From Octopus sinensis (lineage: Eukaryota): a DNA stretch of 64,000 nucleotides. A model generated the notes under the pieces. It did not search any database. It saw only the letters and a program-made list of their open reading frames with translations, and was not told where the DNA came from. Position numbers and translations under genes: made by a program. The stretch covers positions 46,314,001 to 46,378,000 of the forward strand of contig NC_043003.1 in assembly GCF_006345805.1 (NCBI RefSeq), in the 5' to 3' direction. Below are positions 1 to 13,295 of this stretch, in pieces; within the stretch, counting starts at the first letter, position 1, and each line of letters starts with the position of its first letter.

Positions 1-2570
1 GCATCATCAACCACGGCATGCCCAGCCCTCCTTTTAACGGGTGTGTGACAGCAAATGGATCGCCTGACCATCGGGACGCATCCTTTCCACAAGAAGCGAA
101 AGAGGATGCGTTGTAGTTTGGTGGTGATGGTAGGGTCGGGACAAGGTACGACGGTCAGGCGGTAGTAGATGACGGACGCGATGTACGTGTTCGCCACCTC
201 CGCTCGACCTTTTAGGGACAGTTTCCTCTCGGCCCATTGCCGGGCGAGAGTGACCACCCTACTCGTTATCTCGTTCCAGTTCTTCTCCACTTGGAGGTCC
301 GGACCAAACCAGACCCCGAGCAACTCAACCGGGCCGTCGGTCCAGCGTCCCACGACGGAGGCGCTGGTGGACGGCATGGGCTTGCTTCTCCAGGTGCCTA
401 GTCGCAAGCCCACTGACTTTTCCGGTTGATTTTCGCTCCTGTCACCGTCGTAGTTTTTCAGTGTCTCGCCGACCAGCTCGATGTGCTCGTGGCTAGACAC
501 TATGACGGTGACGTCGTCCGCGTATGCAGACACGCTCGTCCCGCATCCCAATTCTCGCGGGATGCCCCTTAGAGTCGCCAGCTTCCGCAGTAGTGGCTCA
601 AGAGTCAATACGTATAGAAGCGCCGAGAGGGGGCATCCCTGACGGACCGAACGTGCAATGTCGAAAGGTCTCGATAGATGTCCATTTACGCGAATTACCG
701 AACGGATGCCTCTGTACAAGGCAGCTATCCAGCCGCGGAAGACGGGACCGAAACCAGCCGCTCTCAGGACTGCCTCCAAGTATCGATGGTCTACCCTATC
801 AAAGGCTTTTGATTGATCCAAGTTGATCAGGCCCCACCCATGCCAGGTTCGTTAACTACCCTGTCTATGATGTAGCGCATCAGATGGAGGTTGTCATGGA
901 TGGTCCGGCCTGGCACGGCGCATGTTTGCGCCTTGTCGACCAGTTTCTCGATGACAAGCGCCAACCTCTTGGCTAGCACCTTGGCCAAAATTTCAAGTCT
1001 GCATTAAGCAGAGTGATGGGCCTAAAGTTATCTATTACATTTCCCTTGTTTAGATCTTTCTTCAGCAGTGTTACGGCTCCTCGGCTCACAAAACCAGGAA
1101 TGCTCCCGTTTTGCTGCCAGTTGCAGTACACCGCCGCCAAGAGATCTCCAAACAAGTCTGGCATACAATTGTAAAGCTCGTAGGGTAGACCATCCAAACC
1201 CGGTGATTTGTCCCTCGAGCATTCTGCCATCGCTTCCCGCACTTCCGCCGCCGTGATGGCACCTTCGCAGCACCCTGCCTTTCTTGTCGAGAGTCGTGGT
1301 AGGCTATGTAGGTAGGCACTGAAGTCCACCCTACGTTCTTGCCCTCCACTCGTTCCGAACAGTCGGGCAAAATGCTGCTGAAAGGCCTCACACATTTTAC
1401 TTGGCTCGAGCAATTCGCGCCCCTGTTCATCTACCAGTGACCGAATGGTGGCTTTGTTGCCCTGTTGCGCCTCTGCCACCCGGGCCTCTCTCGCGGCTCC
1501 AACACCTTCGTTCCTTAGAGCACGCATCCTAGCTCTGACAGCACATCCTTCGTGTTTGGCGTTGTGAAGTGTTGGTCGAGGGCCAACCTCGCCGCCAAAA
1601 CGTCGGATGCGATGCCGCTTCTAATTGCCTCTTCTAGCTTCTTAACTAGCTCACCCTCTACTCTATTTCTATCTATGGCTAGTGCTTTGCTGTACCTAAT
1701 CGCTTCTGCTTTTACTGCTCTCTTGAGGGCAAACCACCATTTGTTGTTGATGATGGCTCCCGTCAAAGCCCTCTTTACTAGTGTGCTAATCCGGTCTCTG
1801 AAAACTTGTCTCGATGGGAAAGACGCGTTTAGTTTCCAGTATCCGGGACCCTGCCTAAGTGTCTTACCTAAGTCTAGCGTACATGTCACAAGTTTGTGAT
1901 CCGTGTAGCTGACTATGTGGAATTGTGGACATCCTATGCTATCTCTATCTACTGTCCTACACAGTATCCTATCTAGATACGATCTCGACGACCCGATGGT
2001 TGCTCCATGTCCACGTTGGCGCATTCGGGTGGTCTAGTCGAACCTGTCAGACAGTTGAAAGCGTCTGAGCAGGTCTCTGAGGCATTTGCATCCCCGTCTA
2101 TTCCTATCTCTACCACGTAGTCTACATGCGTGTCCAAGGTAGCATTCCAATCCCCCACTAAGAGTAAAGGACGAGACGTCCCAAGAAAACTTCTAGACGT
2201 TGAAAGAAATCCGCCCGACCTGTTAAGGGCGGTGCGTAAACTGATACGAGCCGAAAAGCGCACCCATTGCTGCCGTCGACATCCAGGACGACCAGTCTAC
2301 CCTCCGGGTCTACGAATATTGTCCTTACATTGAGATCCAGACTCTTGTGAAAAAGTACCGCGGTGCCACTACCGCCCATTCTCGGCAGACAGGGGAAAAA
2401 TAAATGTTGAACTGTCCGCCAAACATGGTCTTTAGGGCCCGCGGATTGTGGAGTCTGGTCTCGCTTATGGCTATGATTTCTAACTTATGTGACTTTATGT
2501 CATTTAAGAGGTACCCTTGTTTCCAAGGGGACCCCAAGCCACGCGCATTTACACAACCAATCTTGATCAT
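1..2570 (-). pseudogene. LINE ORF2 (APE endonuclease + reverse transcriptase), several frameshifts
   Basis: APE motifs: MIKIGCVNARGL, ISETR, LVGDWNA, SYLDRI, YTDHK, GPGYWKLN. RT motifs: SPGLDGLPYELY, NFRPITLLNAD, DQSKAFDRVDH, VRQGCPLS, YADD (513-524). Confidence 0.93.
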
Positions 2571-2601
2571 AGTTCTAATGAATTAGAATACAGAGGGTTA
2601 C

Positions 2602-4597
2602 TTACTGCTCGAAAGTTTTTGCTTTCTCCTCCGTTGGTTTGTCCTCGAGAAGATCCCAGTACAGTTTCTTTGTGAGATATTTTTGGCATTTACCAACCGC
2701 ACTGGGGAAAATGCCTTTGAGTGTGTGGTGCAGACTTTTGGAGATGTGTATTATTTTGATGTGGTCTGGTGGTGTTGTGTATGGGTGGTTGTTTGTTTTT
2801 ATGTCATCTTCTGTTATGTTTGTTTTTGATTGGATGTATTCCATAATTTGTGTTTTTGGTGTCTATGGCTGTGAGCATGTTTGCTGTATATGTTTTTGTG
2901 GTGTTGGTGTGGCTGTTGTTTGCGTTGGGTTTTGAAATGTCTTCGGGAGATGTATTTCCCCCTGCTTTGTTCGTGTTTGCATTTGGTTTGGGTTGTGTTT
3001 CTGCTCTTTATTTTCCTTCTTTTTTGTAGCTATTTGCCATTCCTCACTGGTTTCGTCTTCCGACGAAATTTCTGAGGAATCAGAAGGGGTAGGGGTATGT
3101 TGTGGGCTTCTATGTATGTCTGTGTAGTGTAAGTGTTGTGTTGTTGTTTTCGTTGTTGTTGGTTGTTGAGTGTTTGTGTGTGTTGAGTGCGGTATAAGGG
3201 ATGGGGGATCAGTTTGTGTGTGTTTTCTTGTTTTTCTGTTCCTTTGGGTTTTGCTGTTGATGGTAGTGTTGGTATTTTTCCAGGTGTCGAGTGGTTTTGG
3301 TTGATGACGGATTAGCTTGGTGTGCTTCTCTTGTCGTCTTCTGTGTTGATGGTGGTGTGGGTAGTAGAGCTTTTTTTCCGGAGTGCTTTGGTTGTGGTAG
3401 TGGTTGTTGTTGTTGCTCTTGGTGTGCAGTGGTTGGGCACGTCTTTTTCAAGTTGGTTTCGCTTCCACACAAATAGCAGCGTGGTCGCCTGCCCTCTACC
3501 ACTATATAGAGTTTGTAGCCTCCTGGCAGTTCTATAGCGGTGGGTATCTTCTCTCTTGCTGCTTCATCCAATTGAAGCAGGAATTCGATTGATTTCCCAC
3601 ATAGTCTTTCTCTCCTAGAACCGCGATTTCCAGGATGTTTGTCTCTGACATTGTCTCTGACATTTCAAAGCAGATGGCAGAGACCAACCATTGTGTTTCG
3701 ACATCAAATGGTATGTTTTTTATTTGGACTTTCGTGACCCTTTTGTTTAAATAGACTGGTATCATTACCAAGTCGTCCGAATGTAGCTCCAATGTGGAAA
3801 AACGTTTTGCTAAACTTTCGTGAGGAAACGTACTTGGACTGTACCAAATTTGTTTCCCCAACTGATATATTCCTTGGAGTCCCATACAGGACGAAGGCAT
3901 TTATCGATTTTTTCCTGCGGTGCATTTTCTGTTCTTCTTGTTTTTGTTTATTACTTTATAGATTATTGTTTTTTTTTTTTGCGTGTTTTCCACGATGTGT
4001 TGTGGAATATGAAGGTGCAATTTGTCTCCTTCTTTGGAGAAGAGTGCCTTTGTGCGGTTATCTCTTGTGTGGTGAATGTTACAATTGTTCTTTTGTTTTG
4101 TTACGTCCGCAAAATTTCTTTGAATTTGGCAGTAGAAGTGTTAATTGTGGCAGTGTTAATTGAAGTCATGGTAGTGTGTTGGTGTTGGCGGTATTAGCAG
4201 CAGAAGGCTTGGATGTAGCATTTGACGTCGTAGTAGTGGTGTTGGTGTGGCGGGTGTTGTCTTTGGTAGGCGGCTTTGTGCCAATTTCGTTGTTGTTGTT
4301 GTTGGTGGTGATGGTGGTGGTGCTGGCATTCATGTTTTCGTTTGTATTCATTTTTGAAATCCCTTTCTCTGTCCCTTTATCATCAACAAGTGGTGTGGGG
4401 AGTGAGGGGAAATCTAAGTTAATGTCTTTGGTCGCGGCGATGGTGAATGCGACGTTAGATTTGTTGTTGTTGTTGTGTGGTGGTGATGGTGGTGACAGCG
4501 GTGTTCACGCTGCGATGTTTAGCAGCTAGTGGTAGCAATAGTGTTTGCTACCGTTCTGCATGACTGGCGGGCTAGCCACGTGGTTTCTAGTTGCCAT
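2602..4597 (-). pseudogene. LINE ORF1 (gag-like RNA-binding protein with degenerate CCHC knuckle), broken into several frames
   Basis: Fragments 4166-4351, 3532-3900 (VTKVQIKNIPF), 3209-3571 (VEGRRPRCYLCGSETNLKKTC) and 2602-2844 lie just upstream of ORF2. Start position is approximate. Confidence 0.75.
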
Positions 4598-4821
4598 TTT
4601 CAAAATGAAAAATGGCTAAAAAACCCACGAAAGTTTTGAAAGTTTTTTTGTATTTCGCCCATACAGGGGCGGAATTCTACGTGAATAATTCTCAGGTTTT
4701 TTAGTGAATGAATTTGCACAACGATTAAAACAAAATATTGACAACAAGGAGTTTTCAACATGTAAAAGTGGCCAACTTACTGGAGCCGATATGACTAGCG
4801 TCCGTCCATTGTGAGTAGGTT

Positions 4822-5065
<244 letters not shown>

Positions 5066-5407
5066 ATTCGTTGATTTCAATCAGAGATTTAAAACTAGTT
5101 GTTCCCCTTGCGAGATCAGCGACTGTGAGTCGCTTTGAAAAGTATATTCTGTGAGTAAGGTTTAGCTGACTGCTGTGTCTAGCCAGGCGGTTGTCCAGCA
5201 TCGAAGTAGAGAAGTAACCCAGAAACCATGTGTCTGCTGGTACTGCCAACGGTTAGAAGGGAGCAGTGATCCCCCTTGCTTACAGTATGTCTGACACAGA
5301 TCATGGGTCGATAAACCAGCTAGAAAAGATGTTTTCCTGGGGTTAATAAGTAGTAACATAGTTCTAGCAAGGACTGCCAAGTTATGTTGGCAAATAAACT
5401 TTACTGT

Positions 5408-5509
5408 ATCTATATATATATATATACACCTCACACACTCACACAAAACACACACACACAAAACACACACATACACACACACATGCAAGCACACACATAC
5501 ATACATACA

Positions 5510-5541
<32 letters not shown>

Positions 5542-5695
5542 GATATAGCTTTTTACCTTTCACTTGTGTCAATCGATACATACATACATACATACATGCA
5601 TACATACATGCATACATACATGCATACATACATACATACATACATACATACATACATACATACATACATACATACATACATACATACATACATAC
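5408..5695. repeat. Compound (TA)n/(CA)n/(TACA)n microsatellites
   Basis: Seen directly. Confidence 0.95.
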
Positions 5696-6354
5696 AAAGT
5701 TGAGTAGCATTTTCATGCTTGGATTAGTCCCAAAGAATAGAATATCTGTATCTTATATGTTTTTGCATGCAGAATTCAAAAATAATGTCAAATAATCTGT
5801 ATTACAGACTGTTTCTCTGTTCCGTGATATCCCACTCAGTTCCTGTTACGTGGGCTAAATTTCAGTTAAGTTGTTGAAATGTGAAGCTAACGGTTTAAGA
5901 AATACTCCTAAGTAAATTTTTTATGAATAGAATTAACTTAGTGAAATCATAAATCCAGCTATTTGAGTCAATGTGTCCCAAAAATATATGAAATGAAAAA
6001 TATGTAACACACAAAAGCACAGAAAAATATGAGATATACTAACACACAGAAAAATTAAAACACGCGGGTGAAATCAATATAGACAACAGCGGTACAAACA
6101 TCAGTGAACCACAACACATTGTGGTTGTCATGGTAACAAGCTGCTAATGCCACACTGTCTGTTGATTGGCTAAAATTACCCAAATTTCCCCAACTTTAAT
6201 TCCAAATAACATCAGATTCTTTAATTTACGAGATAAAGTAATTGGTTGATCGTAATCAAAATTCAGAGTTGCGTCGAGACACCAAAATTGAAAGCAATCT
6301 GAGCAAAATTAAGGGCGGGGGGGGGGCTCATTTTGCGAATGAGAAAGATTAGAT

Positions 6355-6547
6355 CCTAAATGAGTAGTACCTGTATTTCAGAAGGCCAGCTTTGTCCCAT
6401 TCTATGTCACGCTGAATCTCCCTGGGAACAACCTTAAAGTACAAATGTCTGCGGATTGTTCAGCTACATTCACGTTCATTTCGCGAGCAGGCTGTTCCAT
6501 TGATCGGATCAACTGGAACACCCGTCGTCGTAACCGACGGAGTCCCT
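6355..6547 (+). mobile_element. Probable SINE-like interspersed repeat fragment
   Basis: Ends in stem-loops (gttcca..tggaac; ccgtcg..cgacgg) followed by a T-rich/(CA)n tail. Family not identified. Confidence 0.4.
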
Positions 6548-6550
6548 TTC

Positions 6551-6588
<38 letters not shown>

Positions 6589-7214
6589 TTTAAATATATG
6601 TATTCATGTATGTACGTATGTATGTATGTCTTCTAACTAATCGCTAGTTCTAAACATACGCATTGCTTTATTTTTCGGCTGCTCCTAGTTACGTACCGTA
6701 CAATTTTATGTGTGTGTACGTACGTGAATGCTTCCTAATATAGGCGTGTATGTATGTATGTAGAAATAGTTATCAATGTGTAAATATGTTGGTCTCCGTG
6801 TGTTTAGGTTTAGGGCTACACATGTGTATGTTTAGTATGCAAATATGATTTACTGTGACATGTACAAGACACAAGATCGCCAAACATCTAAAGTACATCC
6901 TTATGAGTAGATGTCTAACTGGAAGCATATGTGGGACGGCGGTAAGAAACAAACGGCCCTGCACAGGCCTTTTATATTAAATCTGGTTTCGTTCGACGTT
7001 TGTTGGAATATTATTGTTGTTTTGTACTTCTAGGTCAAGTGACGTTGGTTTGTTTCGGTTGTTGTGCTCTTTTTTGTTTTGTTTTGTTTTGTTTTTTTAT
7101 TGTATGTCTTGTTTGCCCTCGTTGTGAATTAATTGCTTTTCATTTTCAGATGTGTAAGATTGCTGTCCATAAAACACACACACACACACACACACATATA
7201 GATGTTTTCGAAAA

Positions 7215-7247
7215 CATGATGATGGTTGTGGTTGTTGTTGTTGTTGT

Positions 7248-7292
<45 letters not shown>

Positions 7293-7471
7293 ATTCATAA
7301 TTTTTGTTGTTGGTGTTTGGGGTGGCGGTGATGGATAGTAGTGGTGATGGCCGTCACCATATATGCGCTCCTGCTAATCATAGTAACAGGACAACTACCA
7401 CAATTGATAATAAAAAACGACAATCATGATGACGTTGACAATGATGATGATGAAGACCAAACGACGACAAC

Positions 7472-7503
<32 letters not shown>

Positions 7504-7522
7504 CAACGATGACGACGACGAC

Positions 7523-7560
<38 letters not shown>

Positions 7561-7720
7561 CGATGATGATGATCATCATCATCGTCATGAAGTGCTCAAC
7601 AACGACGATGATGACGACCGCGATGATGATGATAATGACGATGATGATGATGACAGAGACTTCGACGACGACGACGGCTACCACGATGATGTGATGATGA
7701 TGATCATCATCATCATGATG
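7215..7720. repeat. Trinucleotide microsatellites (GTT/TAG/GAT/GAC)
   Basis: Seen directly; source of poly-Met/Ile ORFs. Confidence 0.95.
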
Positions 7721-7837
7721 GAAATGGTTCGGGATTCTGTTTGCAAACGGGTGTCGCTGTATATATAATTATCGAAATGCATATACTTAATTACGCTTAT
7801 TTAAGCGCATACACACTGTATGATCATGTGGTTATAT

Positions 7838-8005
7838 ATTGCTCGAAATGAGGAGTAGACAGACAGTCGACAATTGACGAAGGGTCGCTCTTTATGTTAC
7901 TTGTCCTGTTTTCCATTTGTTTCTCTCGTTGGCGTGTTGAACTCGTTTGCTTTCGCAATTCATGTTGATTACTGTTTGGTGACGTCCTCTACCCATATAC
8001 GCATG
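7838..8005 (+). mobile_element. Interspersed repeat homologous to 23280-23460 (minus)
   Basis: Shared blocks gctcgaa..tgag..agtag..agacag.cga.aa.tga.gaagggtc, tcctgttttccat and gacgtcct.taccca. Confidence 0.6.
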
Positions 8006-8152
8006 TGCGTGTATTATGTATGTATATATATATATCTATATATATATATATATATATTACATAAATATATATATATATATGTGGGGGGGAGGTATGCGTG
8101 TATGTATATATGTGTGTGTGTGGGAAGGTATATGTATATATATATGTATATG

Positions 8153-8200
<48 letters not shown>

Positions 8201-8223
8201 ATATATATATATAATATATATAT

Positions 8224-8843
8224 ATAATTAATCAATATAGGGTGGCAAAAAAATTTTGTAGAATTTTTTTTTTTTGCCACCAGCGGCATACTAGTGGAAA
8301 AAATTAAATAGTCATAGACCATTTTTAAGTTCAACATCAACAATCAAGGAACGGCCATAATAGGCCATTCACCACTAGAAATAACAGCCAAAGCTTCAAC
8401 CGCAAATAAAAATCAATTCCGTAAACCAGGAGAAAATTTAAAAAACATTTACCCTGTAATTTCTTATACGATGCACCGTTTCATCTGCTGTTTAATGGTA
8501 AACTAACCTGATTAAATTAAATCAAGCCAATCTTCCATAGGCCCTCAGATTCTTCAGTAAGAAATAGCCAAGTCGGAACAGATATTTTCACGAGGCATTT
8601 CCGACCCTGCCAAGGCAATATCTGACCTAAAATTTTCAAATCATCGCACTCGCGCCAAATTTATCGGCAGCAAATAAATATAAGCCGTCGATTCCATTAC
8701 GGAATTAACCAGAAAATTCATAATTAATCAATATAGGGTGGCAAAAAAAATTTTGTAGAATTTTTTTTTTTTTGCCACCAGCGGCCTAGTGGGAAAAAAT
8801 TAAATAGTCATAGACCATTTTTAAGTTCAACATCAACAATCAA
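8224..8843 (-). mobile_element. Retrozyme/Penelope pLTR-like unit: ~124-bp direct repeats (8224-8347, 8720-8843; period 496) around a hammerhead
   Basis: Near-identical direct repeats, an internal hammerhead fold, and a (TA)n tract on the left flank. Confidence 0.75.
8459..8565 (-). ncRNA. Type I hammerhead ribozyme
   Basis: Minus strand: ATTTCTTA-CTGAAGA-ATCTG..(58 nt)..CAGAT-GAAA-CGGTGCATCG-TA-TAAGAAAT. 8-bp stem I, intact core, near-palindromic stem III, GUA triplet. Confidence 0.85.
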
Positions 8844-8848
8844 TATAT

Positions 8849-9030
8849 AAACAATTGCAGCGTGGAAGGTGTTTGTAAGCCATTTAAGAAACACACAAAA
8901 GCCGTTCGATTCACTACAACATTTTTTTCGTGTGTTTCTTAAATGGCTTACAAACACCTTCCACGCTGCAATTGTTTTCGTTCCAGCACACGATCTCAGA
9001 TCAAATCACTTGCTATGCAAGTACATCTCC
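8849..9030. mobile_element. Asymmetric inverted repeat (48-bp arms 8849-8896/8930-8977 plus ~53-bp extension), Penelope-terminus-like
   Basis: The arms are exact reverse complements, with a one-sided extension into (TA)n. Confidence 0.6.
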
Positions 9031-9139
9031 AATACATACATATATATGTATATATACATATATATATATGTGTGTGTGTGTGTATATATATATGCATATA
9101 TATATGTATATATATATATAATATATATATATATATATA

Positions 9140-9235
<96 letters not shown>

Positions 9236-10199
9236 ACATTTCTAAATCTCTCAGATATACATATATTTATATATACGGTTACATGATTATATATATATAT
9301 ATATATATACGCTCAAAAACATATCTAATAATATCTGTATAATTAATACAGGCACTATGCATATGTGCGCATGTATGTATGTATACATTCATGTGTGTAT
9401 GCGTGTTCGTGGGAAGGTATATGTATTCATATACATGTGCGTGTCTGTATGTATTTGTCTTTGGCATATGTGCGTTTGTTCGTGTGTAAGTAAGTAGTTA
9501 TGTATCACAGCATTGTTGACATTGACGATATTCGCGGTGTCGATTACTGATGGCGGGTGTAGAGACGATGGTGGTACAACAATAAATATATCATACGTAG
9601 AAAATAAATATTACATACCTCCTGAATATAATTAGTACTTCATTAGTGCTAAATACCGCAAAACATTTATGAGATTATATATAAAGGATAACCTTGTATC
9701 CTCCTTACTACCTCACCCCCAAACCTTTCCATCAACTCCTTGCTCAATCCCTTCTCGTTACCTTTACCACCGTCAACAACAGCGGTACCGCCATAAAACA
9801 GAATGTCCACCCTTCACCTCTCGTCATATTTTATAATCTTACATACCCAGATATCAAACAAAGCCACTTCAGTAAAGCTTAACATCTTGGTCCTAAATAT
9901 TAATTGGGTCTTAAACACTGTTAAGTGTTGGGCGTGGATGTTTCTAGAGGGTCATGGGAAAAAAAAGTGTGGTGGCGTGATGTGGAAGGGGTTCTGAGCT
10001 GGAGTGAGGTGGTGGTGGTGGTGGTGTTTGAGATGTAGGTGTTAGGTTGGTGAAGTGTATATAGGGGTTTAAGAGGAGAGGGTCGGGCAACGCTAAATCA
10101 TCATCACATCAGAAAAATTCTTGAAATACATAACGGGGTGGGGGAATGAGTGGGGGGAAAGACAAGTAAAAGAAGAATACAAATCTATTTACAACAGTT

Positions 10200-10920
10200 T
10201 TGTTGTTATTGTATTTCTTCTCCTCCGTTGGGGGAGTTGGTGCTGTTGGTGTTGGAGTGACGGCAGCGATGGTGGCGATAGTGGTGATGATGGCAGCGAT
10301 GGTATTGGTGATGGCGGTGGCAGTGGCAGTGGGGCGTGTTGTTGAGGGTGGCGATGGTGGTGGTGCTGGTGGTGGTGGTGGTGATGGTGGTAGTGGTGGT
10401 ACATGTGGTAGTTTTGCCGTAGATGCTAATAATTTTGTTCTGCGAAAGTGAGAGTGCTGTTGGTAGTGTTGTTGGTCGTGGAGGTCGTGGTGGTGGTGCT
10501 GCTGCGGTTGTTGCTGTTGTTGATGTTGGCGTTGTTCTTGTTCTTGCTACTGTTGCTGCTGCAGTTGTTGTTGTTATTACTGGTGGTGGTGGCGATTGTG
10601 GTGGTTGTGAAGGCGGCGGTGATGGGGTGACGGCGGTGGCAGCGGTGACGGCGGTGGCGGCGGTGACGGCGGTGGCGGCGGTGACGGCGGCGGCGGCGGT
10701 GACGGCGGCGGCGGCGGTGACGGCGGTGGCGGCGGTGGCGGCGGTGGCGGCGGTGACGGCCGTGGCGGCGGTGACGGCGGTGGCGGAGACGTCAGTAGCG
10801 GCGGTGGCGGTGGCGGCGGTGACGGTGGTGGCTGTGACGTCGGCGGCGTTAACGTCGGCGGCGCTGACGTCGGCAGCATTGACGGCGGCGGCGGCGGTGT
10901 CATCGACGGCGGCTGCGGCG
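10200..10920. repeat. GC-rich degenerate trinucleotide and 9/18-bp repeat tract
   Basis: GGT/GTT runs grade into (GCGGTGACG/GCGGTGGCG)n at ~10628-10830. Confidence 0.9.
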
Positions 10921-11990
10921 AAGCTCTTAACGTCAGTGTCGCTGTTATTGTCGTTATTGTCGTTGTTCCTAATCGGACCCGATCCAACTGTGATCGGACC
11001 TGTGCTGTCAAGCAAATAGACCTTCCCGCAGGGACCACCTACAGTGTAGGTTCTCAACCCTCTTCTTTCTTTTAACCTATGGGCTCCTTTGATTTTGATT
11101 TTACTTGGATGGACCTTCGTAACCATTCAATGCTTAAAAATATCCCATTGTATTTTTATAAATAATTATTATTAGGAATTTTATGAAAATGAAATTATTA
11201 AAACATTTTCTTTATTGTAGAAGTATAATGAATTTATTGGAGATAGCTTTTAACAACAAAATCTTATATGGACTCGCAAGGGCCATGCAGACCCCGGTTG
11301 AATATCATATGTGAGCTTTCAGACATAAAGTGACAAGGCACATGTAATCTCGGGAAACCCACCATCTTTTATCTTTAAGAGGGAAATCATAAAATGAAGG
11401 AGATTTAGTTTATGTTTCTAGCAAATAGATCAATCAATTCAGTAGTCTTCTGGCTGTGGTCGATATCTGCCATAAAATGCAATCTACCCACGACCATCAC
11501 GACTTTATAAGAATACTTTGCAATCCATTGAGTAATGTGTACTTCGCTTTCATCAAGCAATATGGCTGATGTTTGATAGAGATTTAGTTGCTGTTTCCAG
11601 CAAGTCTTCTACTTACCTCGACTCTCTTATTGCTCTCGCTCATTTTATAGTTGTAGTTGGCAACGGTGGTGGTGGTGGTGGTAGCTTTGATGCTTGTGGA
11701 GGTGGCTATAAAATTGGTGATGATGATGATGGTGATGGTTATGGTAGTAGTTGTGTTCTTGGGGGTGTTAGTGTTTGTGGTATTGTTAATAGTGATGGTT
11801 GTTGTTGCGGTGGTGGTTATGTGTTGGCTATGATGGTGGTGGTGATATTCATAATGATCATGTCGTATTCGTGTTCGTAGTAGTAGTGGCAGTAGTATTG
11901 GTAGTAGTAGGCATATCAAGTAATATGGGTAATGGTCACAGTAGTAGTAGTAGTAGTAGTAGTAGTAATGCAACAGCGGCGGCAACGTCG

Positions 11991-12288
11991 GCGACAAAGG
12001 CGGCGGCGAAAAAGGCGGCGGCGAAAAAGGCGGCGGCGACAAAGGCGGCGGCGACAAAGGCGGCGGCGACAAAGGCGGCGGCGACAAAGGCGGCGGCGAT
12101 AAAGGCGGCGGCGACAAAGGCGGCGGCGACAAAGGCGGCGGCGACAAAGGCGGCGGCGACAAAGGCGGCGGCGACAAAGGCGGCGGCGACAAAGGCGGCG
12201 GCGACAAAGGCGGCGGCGACAAAGGCGGCGGCGACAAAGGCGGCGGCGACAAAGGCGGCGGCGACAAAGGCGGCGGCGACAAAGGCGG
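11991..12288. repeat. 15-bp minisatellite (GCGACAAAGGCGGCG) x ~20
   Basis: Highly homogeneous tandem array. Confidence 0.97.
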
Positions 12289-12824
12289 TGATGGTGGTGC
12301 TGGTGGTGCTGGTGGTTCTTACATTGCGGAAGATGAAGGTAAAAGGTGGGTCGTAGTGACAGAGTAATAGCGATATATAATAGCCCTTTGGTTATGGACG
12401 TACTTGTAAATATTGATGTGACTATAAAGTAAAGGGGTTGTAAATTAGCCGGTGTCCTTTTGTCTGTGTGTAACAGACTCTGAATGACAGACAGCACATA
12501 CTTGTATAGCAATAAAGATAGTGTCTAGGTGTGTGGAAGGTGATATGAGGGAAGTTATTCATATGACCTTGTCTGTTCGTACCTTTTGCAAGACATGGCT
12601 AACATCTGTGTCGTTAAGCAACACTTTCTCGGAGTAATCCCCGTGTGCATTGCAGTGATTGTATGTAGATCATCGGTGTGTATATCTGCCAACAGACACG
12701 CATATACACAAACTGTCTCAAACAAACACACCCACACACACATATTCACACTCGCACACGGATACACACAAACGGTCGTAAAGACACATGCAAACATATA
12801 AACGTATATAAACAGGTAGATATT

Positions 12825-12950
12825 CTTTATTCTTTTACTTGTTTCAGTCATTTGACTGCGGCCATAATGGGACACCGCTTTGAAGGGCTTTAGTCGAACA
12901 AATCGACCCCAGGACTTATTTAAAGCCTAGTTCTTACTATATAGATCTTT
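12825..12950 (-). mobile_element. 3' fragment of SINE family A
   Basis: ttttacttgtttcagtcatttgactgcggccat..aatcgaccccaggacttatt matches the tail of 33591-33996. Confidence 0.8.
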
Positions 12951-13039
12951 TCATGTCCCTGTAACCAGCAATAACCCTGTATCGGTTACAGGGTTAATAT
13001 CGTCAATTTGCAGCTCCTCAAAGCGAATGGACTGGTTCT

Positions 13040-13295
13040 TTTAAGAGGAATCGCGGATTCGAATCTCAGACCGAGCGATGTGTGTGTTTATGAGCGGAAC
13101 ACCTAAGCTCCACGCGGCTCCAACAGAAGGTAATGGCGAACTTCTGCTGACTCTCTCGCCACAACTTTCTCTCACTCTTTCCTCCTGCATTTTGCAGCTC
13201 ATCTGCGATGGACCGGTGTCCCGTTCGGGTGGGGAACCAATACGCCAAGAAAACCTGCCCTTATGAGCCAGGCATGGCTCGAGAAGGAACAAACA
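13040..13295 (+). mobile_element. tRNA-derived SINE (third family)
   Basis: B-box-like GGATTCGAATC, core ctgcgatggaccggtgtcccgttc, terminal stem-loop gagcca..tggctc and an A-rich end. Confidence 0.6.

Larger units (their letters stand above)
1..4820 (-). mobile_element. L1/Tx1-clade non-LTR retrotransposon (5' UTR, ORF1, ORF2), frameshifted; 3' part runs off the window
   Basis: Minus-strand ORF1 fragments with a zinc knuckle are followed directly by APE endonuclease and RT motifs. The presumed 5' end abuts (TAGA)n at ~4822. Confidence 0.9.

Noticed and set aside
11991-12288. CRISPR-like array
   Set aside because: Tandem units without unique spacers, in eukaryotic DNA, with no cas genes.
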